Below, piece after piece: positions 1 to 8,766 of a stretch of DNA of 64,000 bases. Under the pieces are notes generated by a model, which saw only the letters and a list, made by a program, of their open reading frames with translations, was not told where the DNA came from and searched no databases. Both the position numbers and the translations under genes were made by a program. Position 1 is the stretch's first letter; each line of letters opens with the position of its first letter. Origin of the DNA: an uncultured Chloroflexota bacterium (GTDB lineage Bacteria; Chloroflexota; Chloroflexia; Thermomicrobiales; UBA6265); NCBI GenBank assembly GCA_937870845.1, contig CALMZR010000386.1:59-64058 (forward strand), given 5' to 3'.

Positions 1-446
1 TCTTCGTCAAAGAAGAACCAATCCTTGTACGGCGAACCCGCTCCGTTTTCGAGCACATGGTGAAACTGCCAGAACCCCCGCGAGGCGTGATTAAACACCC
101 CGTCCAAAATGACGCGGATGTTTTTCTTGTGCGCCGAGTCGAGCAGAACGCGCAACGCGTCGTTGCCGCCGAGCAACGGGTCCACGTTGTAGTAGTCGAA
201 CGTATGATAACGATGATTGGACGCCGAAGAAAAAATCGGATTGAGATACAGTGCTGTGATGCCCAGGTCTTTGAGATAATCGAGTCGTTCAGCAACTCCG
301 TACAGGTCGCCGCCTTTGAATCCGTGCGGGGTGGGAGGCGAGTCCCATGCTTCGAAGCCGATGTCGGGCATGCGCCTGCCGCGTGCGAATCGATCGGGGA
401 AAATTTGGTAAAAGATTGCGTCTTGCACCCATTCTGGTGTGGTCAT
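1..446 (-). CDS. Glycoside hydrolase family 13 (alpha-amylase/cyclomaltodextrinase-like), 5' part only; gene runs off the left edge
   Basis: Not in ORF track because the window edge cuts it. Minus strand from ATG at 446 reads [23 protein letters not shown]...[52 protein letters not shown]...[16 protein letters not shown], the N-terminal GH13 barrel motifs (DGVFNH region I). GAGG about 8 nt upstream. Confidence 0.85.
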   Translation of the reverse strand, partial: MTTPEWVQDAIFYQIFPDRFARGRRMPDIGFEAWDSPPTPHGFKGGDLYGVAERLDYLKDLGITALYLNPIFSSASNHRYHTFDYYNVDPLLGGNDALRVLLDSAHKKNIRVILDGVFNHASRGFWQFHHVLENGAGSPYKDWFFFDE

Positions 447-471
447 TGATATGCCTCGGTGTTGGAATAAA

Positions 472-498
472 GCAGGACAAGAGAGCATCTTGTCCTGC
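472..498 (-). terminator. Intrinsic-terminator-like hairpin after the sugar ABC operon, 25 nt upstream of the GH13 start
   Basis: GCAGGACAAG (472-481) and CTTGTCCTGC (489-498) form a 10-bp perfect stem with a 7-nt loop. On the minus strand it is followed by TTTATTCC. Confidence 0.6.
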
Positions 499-565
499 GT
501 GAATGATTCTACTTCAAATCAGTTTTATACGTAAAACGATAATGAAATTTCCACAGATGCCGAAT

Positions 566-1432
566 CTACTCATTGATCGAGCCGAACAGCATCCGCTCCA
601 GAAGTGTGTTTTGGAAGAGAACGAAAATTGCAATGGCGGGGATGGAAACGATGATGGCAAGAGAACCCAACTGGCTGTACGGCTGTGCCGACCCGGTTTG
701 AACGATGGAATAGATCGCCATGGCGAGCGTGATCTTGTCGCTTCGATCGAGGAACAGCCAGCCGATGGTAAATTCCGAATACGCGGTTAGGAAGGCGATG
801 ATTCCCGCGACCGCAATGGACGGCAGCGCCAGCGGAAGGCTGACTTGTAAAAACGTTCGGAATTGACTCGCGCCATCGAGATACGCCGCCTCTTCCAGTT
901 CCTTGGGCACGCCCAGGTAGAACTGGCGCAGGAGGAAGATGCCGAAGGCGTGGAAGATGACGGGGATGATCAACCCGGCGTAGGAATTGAGCATCCCCAT
1001 CGCCCGCACCAGCACGAAGAGCGGCACCAGAATCACCGGCAGCGAGACGAGCAGCGTCGAGAAGATGAGCGTGAAGATCAGCTCCCGACCCGGGAACCGC
1101 AGCCGCGCCAGCGCGTAGGCGGCCATCGAGTGGAAGAAGAGCGCGATCACCGTCACCGAGACAGAAACGAACAAACTGTTGAACATGTAGCGCAGGAACG
1201 GCACCTGCGTGAAGACGTACCGGAAATTGTCGAGGGTCGGCCGCTCCGGAATGGGCGACAGCGAATAGACGTCCGTCCCGGTCTTGAAGGCGCTCGAAAC
1301 CATCCAGAACAGTGGAAAAATCGTCAGCAGCGAGATGACGACCAGCGCGAAGTAGACCCCGGCGATCCCGGTTCGCCCCTCGCCGGCGGCCCGCATCCCG
1401 AACCGTTCCCCGGCCAGCTCAGTCGAAGTCAA
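566..1432 (-). CDS. Carbohydrate ABC transporter permease (MalG-type)
   Basis: ORF 566..1432, 288 aa, multiple hydrophobic TM stretches, EAA-type loop LEEAAYLDGASQFRTFLQVSLPL. It overlaps the upstream permease gene by 14 nt. Confidence 0.85.
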   Translation of the reverse strand: MTSTELAGERFGMRAAGEGRTGIAGVYFALVVISLLTIFPLFWMVSSAFKTGTDVYSLSPIPERPTLDNFRYVFTQVPFLRYMFNSLFVSVSVTVIALFFHSMAAYALARLRFPGRELIFTLIFSTLLVSLPVILVPLFVLVRAMGMLNSYAGLIIPVIFHAFGIFLLRQFYLGVPKELEEAAYLDGASQFRTFLQVSLPLALPSIAVAGIIAFLTAYSEFTIGWLFLDRSDKITLAMAIYSIVQTGSAQPYSQLGSLAIIVSIPAIAIFVLFQNTLLERMLFGSINE

Positions 1433-2381
1433 AGCGGCCCCCGCGGGTCAGCGCGAAGAGGATGCCGGAGAAGACCAGCAGCACCAGCACCAGGAACGAG
1501 GCCATCGCCGAGGCGTAGCCGATGTTGCTGTAGCGGAACGCCTGGTCGAAGATGTAGTACGTGGTGAGGTTGGTCGCGTTCGCCGGCCCGCCGCTGGTCA
1601 TCACGTAGACCAGATCGAACCCCTGCGGCCCGGCCACCGCGGCCACCAGCGACACCAGCAGCACGAAAAAGCTCGTCGGCTTCAGCAGCGGCAACGTGAT
1701 GTCCCAGAAGGAGCGCCACGCTCCGGCCCCGTCGATGCGCGCCGCGTCGTAGTACTCGCGGGGGATCTCCTGCAACCCCGCGAGGAAGATGATCATGTAG
1801 AACCCCATCAGAAACCAGATCGTCACCCCCAACAACGCCCACAGCGCCAAATCGGGATCGCCCAGCCACGACCGCCCGCCCATCCCGATCTTGCTGAGCA
1901 GCACGTTCGCCACGCCGATGCGATCGACGAGCAGAAACTTCCAGATCAACGCCACCACGACCAGGCTGATCACGTTCGGCAGAAAGAGCATCGCCCGGAA
2001 CACCCCGAGCAGGGGCGCCGGCCGCTTCACCAGCAGCGCCAGCCCCAGCCCGGTGATGTACAATCCCGGCACGAGCACCACGACATATTTGATCGTCACC
2101 TGAAGGCTGCCCAGAAAAAGGGGGTCGCCGAACATCCTCCGGTAGTTGTCCAACCCGGAAAAGGTGTACGTGCCGAACCCGGATACGTCGAAGAACCCGA
2201 GACTCAGCGACAGCACCATCGGGATGCCGACGAAGAGCAGCAACCCCAGCACGTCCGGCAGCAGGAACAGGTAGGCCGCAACCCACTCCCGCTTCGTCTG
2301 CGACAGACGGGAACGGCGGGCCGGCGCGATCGGCCGGCCCGCCCGCACGTCGGCCGATTTTTCGGCCGACGCCACGCTCAC
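1419..2381 (-). CDS. Carbohydrate ABC transporter permease (MalF-type)
   Basis: ORF 1419..2381, 320 aa; EAA loop EYYDAARIDGAGAWRSFWDITLPLL. The GTG start overlaps the stop of the binding-protein gene (GTGA at 2378-2381). Confidence 0.85.
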   Translation of the reverse strand: MSVASAEKSADVRAGRPIAPARRSRLSQTKREWVAAYLFLLPDVLGLLLFVGIPMVLSLSLGFFDVSGFGTYTFSGLDNYRRMFGDPLFLGSLQVTIKYVVVLVPGLYITGLGLALLVKRPAPLLGVFRAMLFLPNVISLVVVALIWKFLLVDRIGVANVLLSKIGMGGRSWLGDPDLALWALLGVTIWFLMGFYMIIFLAGLQEIPREYYDAARIDGAGAWRSFWDITLPLLKPTSFFVLLVSLVAAVAGPQGFDLVYVMTSGGPANATNLTTYYIFDQAFRYSNIGYASAMASFLVLVLLVFSGILFALTRGGRFDFD

Positions 2382-3745
2382 AGAATCGGCGCTCCGTCAT
2401 ACGTCGCCAGGAACGCCTCGATCTCCGTCGCCGCCTGCTCGGCCGCCTGCTCGGGATCGGTCCCGTTCAGCATCGCCGCCTGGATGGCGACCGAGATCGA
2501 GTTGTAGACCTCCGGCGTCACCCGCGGCTCGGCGCGGCCGCCAGGCAGAATCTCCTGCGCGAACTGCGCCAGCGGACCCTCGGCGAACCCGCCCTGCTCG
2601 GCCACTTCCTGCACCGACTGCCGCGGCGCCATGTCGCTCTTGGCCTCCGTGCACCAGGCGACGCCGCGCTGGATCGAGTCTTCGCTCATCGTGCCCAGGG
2701 CCCAGACGATGAATTGCGCCGCCGCCTCCGGGTTCTTCCCCTGCGAGTTGGCGACGAACGCCCAGCCGCCCAGATCGGTGGTGTACTCCCCGCCCTCCGG
2801 GATCGGCAGCTTGAAGATGCCGTACTCGAAGTCGGGCGCATTCTCGGCCAGCGCCGAGATGGCCCAGATGCCGACGTTCTGGATGGCGCAGTAGCCCGTG
2901 GAAAGGTTCGGCGCCACGTCCCAGCCGCCGCCGCCGAGGACCGTGCGCGGCGCCACCCCCATGTTGACCGCGTCCTGCCAGAACTTCAGCGCCGCCACCG
3001 CGCCCGGATCGCGCATGCCGCTGGTGGCGTCGTCGTTCTGGATCTCGGCCCCGCCCTGCCACATGAACGGGTACCAGGTGAAGTTCTGGTAGTAGCCGGG
3101 GTTGGTGTCGAACAAGATACCGAAGCGTTGGTCGTTCGTGAGCTGCTGCCCGACCTCCAGCAATTGCTCCCACGTTTGCGGAATGTCCCCGTCGGTTAGC
3201 CCCGCTTCCTCCCACGCTCGGAGACCGTAGTAGAAGGCCATCGGTTCGACCTCCATCGGGAGGCCGTAGACCTTGCCGTCGACCATGCGGTTGGCCAGCA
3301 CGTCCGGGAAGAAGTCGTCGATCGCCTCCTGCTCCATGAACGGCGTCAGGTCCTGCAGCACGCCGCCGTTATAGTAGCGCAGGAAGTCGCCGGGGCTGAT
3401 GATGAACAAGTCCGGCCCCTCGCCGGCGGCGAAGGCGGTCGGCAGCTTGGTGCCGTCCATGTAGTCGCTGTTCGGCACGTACACCAGCTCGACCTGCTGA
3501 TCGTTCTGCTCGTTCCAGCTCGCGACCGTCTCCTCGAACCAGGTCGTCTGGCTGGCCACCTGCCCGCCGGGTGCGTAGAACTGCCAGAACGTCAGCGGCG
3601 CATCCTGCGCCATCGCCGAGCGCGGGCTGATGAGCGGCAGCGCGCTCGGCCCGAACAGCCCCAGCCCGCCGGCCGCCCCGGCCCCAGCCTTGATCAGCGA
3701 TCGCCGGCTCACCCCGAACGTCCGCGTCCCACCTTGCAGGGTCAT
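2378..3745 (-). CDS. Extracellular solute-binding protein of a sugar ABC transporter, Tat-type signal peptide
   Basis: ORF 2378..3829. I moved the start to ATG 3745 (AAGGAGGAA 5 nt upstream). The N-terminus then reads MTLQGGTRTFGVSRRSLIKAGAGAAGGLGLFG, a twin-arginine signal. Length and composition are typical of family-1 binding proteins. Confidence 0.85.
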   Translation of the reverse strand: MTLQGGTRTFGVSRRSLIKAGAGAAGGLGLFGPSALPLISPRSAMAQDAPLTFWQFYAPGGQVASQTTWFEETVASWNEQNDQQVELVYVPNSDYMDGTKLPTAFAAGEGPDLFIISPGDFLRYYNGGVLQDLTPFMEQEAIDDFFPDVLANRMVDGKVYGLPMEVEPMAFYYGLRAWEEAGLTDGDIPQTWEQLLEVGQQLTNDQRFGILFDTNPGYYQNFTWYPFMWQGGAEIQNDDATSGMRDPGAVAALKFWQDAVNMGVAPRTVLGGGGWDVAPNLSTGYCAIQNVGIWAISALAENAPDFEYGIFKLPIPEGGEYTTDLGGWAFVANSQGKNPEAAAQFIVWALGTMSEDSIQRGVAWCTEAKSDMAPRQSVQEVAEQGGFAEGPLAQFAQEILPGGRAEPRVTPEVYNSISVAIQAAMLNGTDPEQAAEQAATEIEAFLATYDGAPIL

Positions 3746-3814
3746 CGTCGTTCCTCCTTTAACGGCTTCCAGCGACGGCGGCCATTGTCGCATCGTCGCC
3801 GGGCGCCGGTTCCA

Positions 3815-3857
3815 TGAAATCGTTTGCAATCTTGCGGTTGTTTGAAAGGCATGTCAA
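3815..3857 (-). promoter_or_regulatory. Putative promoter (TTGACA -35 at 3852-3857) with a LacI/CcpA-type operator TGCAAACGATTTCA (3815-3828) over the predicted start site
   Basis: The minus strand reads TTGACA, 17 nt, CAAGAT, then TGCAAACGATTTCA. The last matches every fixed position of the cre/LacI-family consensus TGNAANCGNTTNCA. It lies about 70 nt upstream of the binding-protein start. Confidence 0.5.
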
Positions 3858-3919
3858 CGTGAGCGCCGATGGGGAACGTCGCCACACTCCTTTCGATTGA
3901 CCACGCACTCACCCACACT

Positions 3920-5896
3920 TCACAGATACTCCCGAAACCAATCGACAATTCGCCGCAAGCGATCGACGCGGCGATCCGGCCGCCCAATGCTGACCATGCC
4001 GTGCGGCTCTCCGGGGTAACGCACCAATTGCGTCCTCACCCCGCGCGAGCGCAGGATGGCGAAGAGGATTTCCGATTGCTCCGGCGGACAGCGCAAGTCG
4101 CCTTCCGCGTGCAGCAGGAGCAATGGCGCCGTGTTGTTGTGGATTGCCATGAACGGCGACGCAGCCAGGAACGCGTCGATGTCCTCCGGCAGCCGCCCGA
4201 TGCCGACGAACCGCTCGTCGGTGTAGCCGGCCAGATCCGACCCGCCGTACCACGACACCCAGTTGCTGACCGGGTTCTCGCTCACCCCCGCGCGAAACCG
4301 CCCCGGATGATGGCCCAGCAGCCAGGCCGTCATGTATCCGCCTCCGGAGAGCCCCATCACCCCGACCCGCCCTGAATCGGCGAGACCGCTAGTAATGGCC
4401 CAATCGACGAGGCGGAGGTGATCGGCGGCGTCCACTTGTCCCCATCGGCCATGGATGGCTTTGGCGAACGCCTCGCCATAGCCGCTCGACCCACGCGGGT
4501 TGGGAAAGAGGACGTGAAAGCCGGCGTCGGCCAGCGCCAGCATCTCGAGCCAAGGCGTCGGCCCGTGCGCCGCGTGCGGCCCGCCGTGGATCTGGATGAC
4601 GACCGGACCCGGTTTCGGCGCGTCGCGCCCCTCGATGAGCCACGTCTCGACCTCATGCCCGTCCGGATGACGGATGCGATGCCGAACCGGATCGCGCCGG
4701 AACGGCTCCAGCCAGTCTGAGCCATGGCTCGTGAGCCGGCGCATGGCGCCGTCCTCCATGGCATAGACCTCGGTCGGCCGGCCGCGATCGGTCGCGATCA
4801 TCGCCAATCGGTTCACGGCGACCACAAGCGAATTTGAGACGATATCCGACGCCAGCAGTGGCGTTGCCTCGCCAGTCGAGACCTCGAAGCGATAGGGAAT
4901 CGTTCGCCCTTCATCACCGACCTGGGCAACGATCTCCCCTTCCGAGAGCCACTCGCACGAAACGCCGGAGCCGCGCACCACGAGGTCGCCGGTCGTGACG
5001 TTGCCGACCGGCCGGTCCAGCTCCGCTCCCAGCCGCCGCGGTTCGGTGTCGCCGGTCACGTACAGGTGGTTGTCGGCCCAGGACGGCTGCCGGGGATACG
5101 CCTTGCCAATGACGGCGACGCGGCTCCCGTCCAGCGCCGGCCGCACCGCCACGACACCGCCCGGCAGCTCGGCGAGCAATTCCGGTTCGCGCGGAGCATC
5201 CACGTCCAGGCGCCAAGCCGCCGCCCGCTCGCTCAGGCGGCGCATACCCGCCTCCGGCTCCGCATCGGCCACCACCGCGATCGACCGCCCATCCGGCATC
5301 CATCGCGCGTCGAGCACCTCCCAGTCCTCGGGCGTCACCCGCCTCGGATCGCCGCCATCGAGCGAGACGACCCAGGCGCTGGCGTACTGGTTGCGCAGCC
5401 CGAACGCATCCAGCCGCCACGCGAAGTCGTCGATGACGCGCGCCGTCGGATCCTCCGGGTCGCCGACGCTCAGCCGCTCCACCCCGCTGGGCGCCACGAT
5501 CAGGAGCCGCGTCCCATCCGGCGACCAGCGAACGGCCTTTGCCTTTCCGGCGATATCGGCAGCCAGCCGAGGCTCGCCGCCGTCGAGGGGCAGGATCCAG
5601 GGCTGCTCGCGCCCACCCCGATCCGAGAGGAACGCGATCGACCGCCCATCCGGCGCGTGCATCAGCTGGGTGTCATTCGCTTTCGCCCGCGTCAACTGCC
5701 GCGGCTCCCCGCCTTCCCACGGCACGAGCCAGAGATTGGTCCGGTACTTCCCATCCTCGATGACACGCCGGCTGTAGACCACCGCTGCCCCATCGGGGGC
5801 GAGCGAAAGCTGCTGAATCTGCGCCTGACGCAGGATGTCTTCGGGCTGAAACCGCGGTCGGTCGTCGCTCGTCTGCTCGGCGCTGTCCTTTGCCAC
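3920..5896 (-). CDS. S9 family serine peptidase (prolyl oligopeptidase/acylaminoacyl-peptidase type) with N-terminal beta-propeller
   Basis: ORF 3920..5896, 658 aa. Nucleophile elbow GLSGGGYM, then GDLRCP and GEPHG in the Ser-Asp-His order of S9. The N-terminal half has WSPDG/TolB-like propeller repeats. Confidence 0.85.
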   Translation of the reverse strand: MAKDSAEQTSDDRPRFQPEDILRQAQIQQLSLAPDGAAVVYSRRVIEDGKYRTNLWLVPWEGGEPRQLTRAKANDTQLMHAPDGRSIAFLSDRGGREQPWILPLDGGEPRLAADIAGKAKAVRWSPDGTRLLIVAPSGVERLSVGDPEDPTARVIDDFAWRLDAFGLRNQYASAWVVSLDGGDPRRVTPEDWEVLDARWMPDGRSIAVVADAEPEAGMRRLSERAAAWRLDVDAPREPELLAELPGGVVAVRPALDGSRVAVIGKAYPRQPSWADNHLYVTGDTEPRRLGAELDRPVGNVTTGDLVVRGSGVSCEWLSEGEIVAQVGDEGRTIPYRFEVSTGEATPLLASDIVSNSLVVAVNRLAMIATDRGRPTEVYAMEDGAMRRLTSHGSDWLEPFRRDPVRHRIRHPDGHEVETWLIEGRDAPKPGPVVIQIHGGPHAAHGPTPWLEMLALADAGFHVLFPNPRGSSGYGEAFAKAIHGRWGQVDAADHLRLVDWAITSGLADSGRVGVMGLSGGGYMTAWLLGHHPGRFRAGVSENPVSNWVSWYGGSDLAGYTDERFVGIGRLPEDIDAFLAASPFMAIHNNTAPLLLLHAEGDLRCPPEQSEILFAILRSRGVRTQLVRYPGEPHGMVSIGRPDRRVDRLRRIVDWFREYL

Positions 5897-6054
5897 GTGT
5901 AATCCTCGCTTTCGCCGGTCTTGCGCGGTTCGCCGCCGGTCGCCGGCTTAGACAGGCTTGCTCAATCCAGGAGTGTGCCATGATCACCCTCCATTCGGGC
6001 ACGTGCGCTTCTCACCCTTGAGCGAATCCGCCAACAACGAGGAGAAACCAGACG

Positions 6055-7710
6055 GTGATGCACTCGAGGACAGGCGTCGTTATCTCTGAGGCGCGCATTG
6101 TCGACGGCTCGGGCAACTCCTGGTTCTACGGAGACATCGTCCTGCGCGGCGATGCGATCACGGAGATCGCCCCAGCCGGTCGCATGAGCCCTTCCGACGG
6201 GCTTGAGGCCGTCGACGCCGCCGGCCTGGTCGCCTGCCCCGGCTTCATCGACATCCAATCTCACTCCATCATTCCCTTCCTGAGCGACCGCCGCTCCCTC
6301 TCCAAGATCACCCAGGGCGTCACCACCGAGATCATGGGCGAGGCCTGGACGCCCTCGCCATTCGGCGGCCGCATCGAGGACCCATTCCGCGACGACTGGG
6401 CCCGCATCCCCGGCGATCACGCCGCCTGGCTCGCCCTCGCCAAGTCCTGGACCCGCTTCGGCGACTGGCTACGTTGGTTGGAGGGCGAGGGCGTCTCGGT
6501 CAACGTCGGCTCGTTCGTCGGCGGCGGGACCGTCCGCGAGTGGGGGAAGGGGCTGGCCATGGGCGACGCCGACCAATTGGAACTCGCCGCGATGAAAACC
6601 ATGCTCGCCGACGCCATGGCCGACGGCGCCTTCGGCATCGCCACCGCCCTCATCTACCCGCCCGGCTGCTACGCCGGAACCGAGGAGCTGATCGCGCTGT
6701 GCCAGGTCGTCGCGGAGTATCGCGGCGTCCACGTCACCCACCTCCGCTCCGAGGAATCCCGGCTCTTGGAAGGACTCGACGAGGCGCTCGAGATCGCCCG
6801 GCGCACGGGCGTCGCTACGGAGATCTACCACCTCAAGGCCGCCTGCCGCCCCAATTGGCCCAAGATAGCCGAGGTCATCCGCCGCATCGACGCCGCTCGT
6901 GCCGCAGGCATCGACGTCACCGCCGACATGTACCCTTACGAAGCGGCGGGCACGGGCCTCGGTTCCTGCCTCCCGCCCTGGGCCGAAGCGGACGGCAAGC
7001 TCTGGGACAACCTGCGCGACCCCGACACGCGCGCCCGCATTCGGCACGAGATGCTGGAGCCTTCAGGAGATTGGGAGAATCTCGCCGCCAGCGCGGGACC
7101 GGAGGGAGTCGTCCTTGCCGGGCTGCGCAAACCCGAGCATCGCGCGTATCTCGGAAGGCGGCTGTCGGATGTCGCCGCGGAGCGCGGGCAGGCGTGGGTC
7201 GATACGGCGCTCGATCTCCTCGACGCCGAAGGGCAGAACATCTTCTGCTTCTACTTCGACATGAGCGAAGACAACCTCCGCCGCCAGATGCAGCAACCCT
7301 GGATGAAGTTTTCCACCGACGCGGGCGGCGTCGACCCCACGCGCCTGGGCGGCGGCGGTCTCCTCCACCCGCGCGGTTTCGGAACCTACCCGCGCATCCT
7401 CGGCCGCTACGTGCGCGACGAGGGTGTGCTGCCGCTCGAAGACGCCATTCGCAAGATGACCTCCGCCGTCGCCGACCGCCTCTTCCTGCGGGACCGAGGA
7501 TTGCTGCGAAAAGGCATGAAAGCGGACGTGGTCCTCTTCGACCCGGAAATCATCGCCGACCGCGCCACCTTCGACGACCCACACCAGCTCTCCACCGGCG
7601 TGCGCGACGTCTGGGTCAATGGGGTGCGCGTTCTGAACGCCGGCGAGCACACCGGTGCAACGCCGGGGCGCTGGCTACACGGGCCTGGCCACCGCGGGCA
7701 AAGCGCCTGA
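6055..7710 (+). CDS. N-acyl-D-amino-acid deacylase (D-aminoacylase) family amidohydrolase
   Basis: ORF 6055..7710, 551 aa. N-terminus IVDGSG...DIVLRGDAITEIA...GFIDIQSHS, with family-typical length and C-terminal DVVLFDP...ATFDDP. GAGGAG upstream; start is GTG 6055 or ATG 6058. Confidence 0.8.
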   Translation: MMHSRTGVVISEARIVDGSGNSWFYGDIVLRGDAITEIAPAGRMSPSDGLEAVDAAGLVACPGFIDIQSHSIIPFLSDRRSLSKITQGVTTEIMGEAWTPSPFGGRIEDPFRDDWARIPGDHAAWLALAKSWTRFGDWLRWLEGEGVSVNVGSFVGGGTVREWGKGLAMGDADQLELAAMKTMLADAMADGAFGIATALIYPPGCYAGTEELIALCQVVAEYRGVHVTHLRSEESRLLEGLDEALEIARRTGVATEIYHLKAACRPNWPKIAEVIRRIDAARAAGIDVTADMYPYEAAGTGLGSCLPPWAEADGKLWDNLRDPDTRARIRHEMLEPSGDWENLAASAGPEGVVLAGLRKPEHRAYLGRRLSDVAAERGQAWVDTALDLLDAEGQNIFCFYFDMSEDNLRRQMQQPWMKFSTDAGGVDPTRLGGGGLLHPRGFGTYPRILGRYVRDEGVLPLEDAIRKMTSAVADRLFLRDRGLLRKGMKADVVLFDPEIIADRATFDDPHQLSTGVRDVWVNGVRVLNAGEHTGATPGRWLHGPGHRGQSA

Positions 7711-7759
7711 AGACTCGGGTGCTCGCTACGCGGCGGCACGCCGCTGCTCACCACGCATC

Positions 7760-7791
7760 GTGTCATTCCGAAGAACGAGGAATCTCGGCGC
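7760..7791. repeat. REP-like element copy (GTGTCATTCCGAAGAACGAGGAATCTCGGCGC)
   Basis: It shares GTGTCATTCCGAG...CGAGGRATC...CGGCGC with the copies at 35199-35241 and 56538-56636. It is intergenic, between convergent genes. Confidence 0.6.
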
Positions 7792-7887
7792 TCAGGGCGT
7801 GTACGTCCGCTGACCCGCGAGCATCTTCTTCGCTCTGAGCGATATCTCACATGCATGGAGTTCGCGATTGCGAGCACCATAGGGGAA

Positions 7888-7911
7888 GAGGCGGCCTCTC
7901 GGCCGCCCCTC
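7888..7911. terminator. Hairpin between convergent D-aminoacylase and zinc-ribbon genes
   Basis: GGCGGCC (7890-7896) / GGCCGCC (7901-7907) form a 7-bp GC stem with loop TCTC. Confidence 0.4.
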
Positions 7912-7931
7912 GTTCAGGACAACGTCGCGTC

Positions 7932-8366
7932 CTAGTAATTGTAGTTGCGCGGCGGCGACGCCGCCCGCCGCAACTGGAAGCACTCCCGGCAGTAGACCGG
8001 CTTGTCGCTGCGAGGCTGGAACGGCACTTCCGTGTCCCGCCCACACTCCGAGCACGTCGCCGGGTACATCTGCCGCGGGCCGGAGGAGTAGCCGCCCCCG
8101 CCCGAAGAGTACGACCCGCCGCCATACCCGCCGGAGGAGTAGCCGCCGCCCCCGCCGCCGTAGCCGCCGGAGGAGTACCCCCCCCCGCCGCCGCCGCCGT
8201 AGCCGGAGTCGTACCCGGACGAGGCGCGCTGCGCCTTCCGGGCGGATCGGCACGACGGACACCGCTGGGGCTCGCTGAACCCCCGCTCCGCATAAAACGC
8301 CTGCTCGCCGGCCGTGAATGTAAACGCCTGACCGCAATCGCGGCAGGTGAGCGTCCGATCGCTCAT
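7932..8366 (-). CDS. Double zinc-ribbon protein with central Gly/Tyr/Ser-rich low-complexity linker
   Basis: ORF 7932..8453; start moved to ATG 8366 (GGAGGG upstream). N-terminal CRDCGQAFTFTAGEQAFYAERGFSEPQRCPSCR, then about 45 aa of GGYSSGGYGGGGGG repeats, then C-terminal CSECGRDTEVPFQPRSDKPVYCRECF. Confidence 0.7.
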   Translation of the reverse strand: MSDRTLTCRDCGQAFTFTAGEQAFYAERGFSEPQRCPSCRSARKAQRASSGYDSGYGGGGGGGYSSGGYGGGGGGYSSGGYGGGSYSSGGGGYSSGPRQMYPATCSECGRDTEVPFQPRSDKPVYCRECFQLRRAASPPRNYNY

Positions 8367-8550
8367 TCCGCCTGAACCCTCCGCCGCGTCATCGTTGCCA
8401 CGGCACCGTACAAAAAGAAAATGACCAGAGACGTTTCCGGCGGAACGAGACACGTTGAGGAGCCCACCGTCGAGCCCGACGATCGCGCGCGCAGGGAATC
8501 GTCCGAGCCTTCAATATAGCACGATTGGGCGGATGTCAAGCGGTTTTGCG

Positions 8551-8705
8551 GCTATCGGCTATCGGAAATCAGCTATCAGGCATCAGGTGGGGGCGTGTGA
8601 TGCCGCTCAACGACGCCTTCCGTTGCGATCAATCCCCCTCGCCGCGTGCCATCGATCGAAGCCGAGAAGCTGATAGCCGATAGCTGATAGCTGATAGCTC
8701 GTAGC
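8551..8705. repeat. Foldback element: five GCTATCR heptads, 85-nt core, five inverted heptads
   Basis: 8551-8585 GCTATCG GCTATCG GAAATCA GCTATCA GGCATCA; 8671-8705 TGATAGC CGATAGC TGATAGC TGATAGC TCGTAGC. The same unit and layout occur at 57299-57409. Confidence 0.8.
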
Positions 8706-8707
8706 CC

Positions 8708-8718
8708 TGTGCTACGAT
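8708..8718 (+). promoter_or_regulatory. Extended -10-like box TGTGCTACGAT upstream of sucC
   Basis: The TGn-TACGAT pattern lies 49 nt upstream of the sucC GTG. It resembles boxes at 51682 (TGCTACGAT), 17454 and 53945 (TGCTAGACT). Confidence 0.4.
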
Positions 8719-8766
8719 GCCCGCGGCCCTCGGCCGGGGACCGGGCGTCGAAATGGGGACGGGATC

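Noticed and set aside
7792-8375. ORFs 7792..8337, 7847..8293 (minus) and 7851..8375 (plus) overlapping the zinc-ribbon gene
   Set aside because: They arise from the GGC/GCC-rich repeat encoding the Gly/Tyr linker. Only the frame with the four CxxC pairs is plausible.
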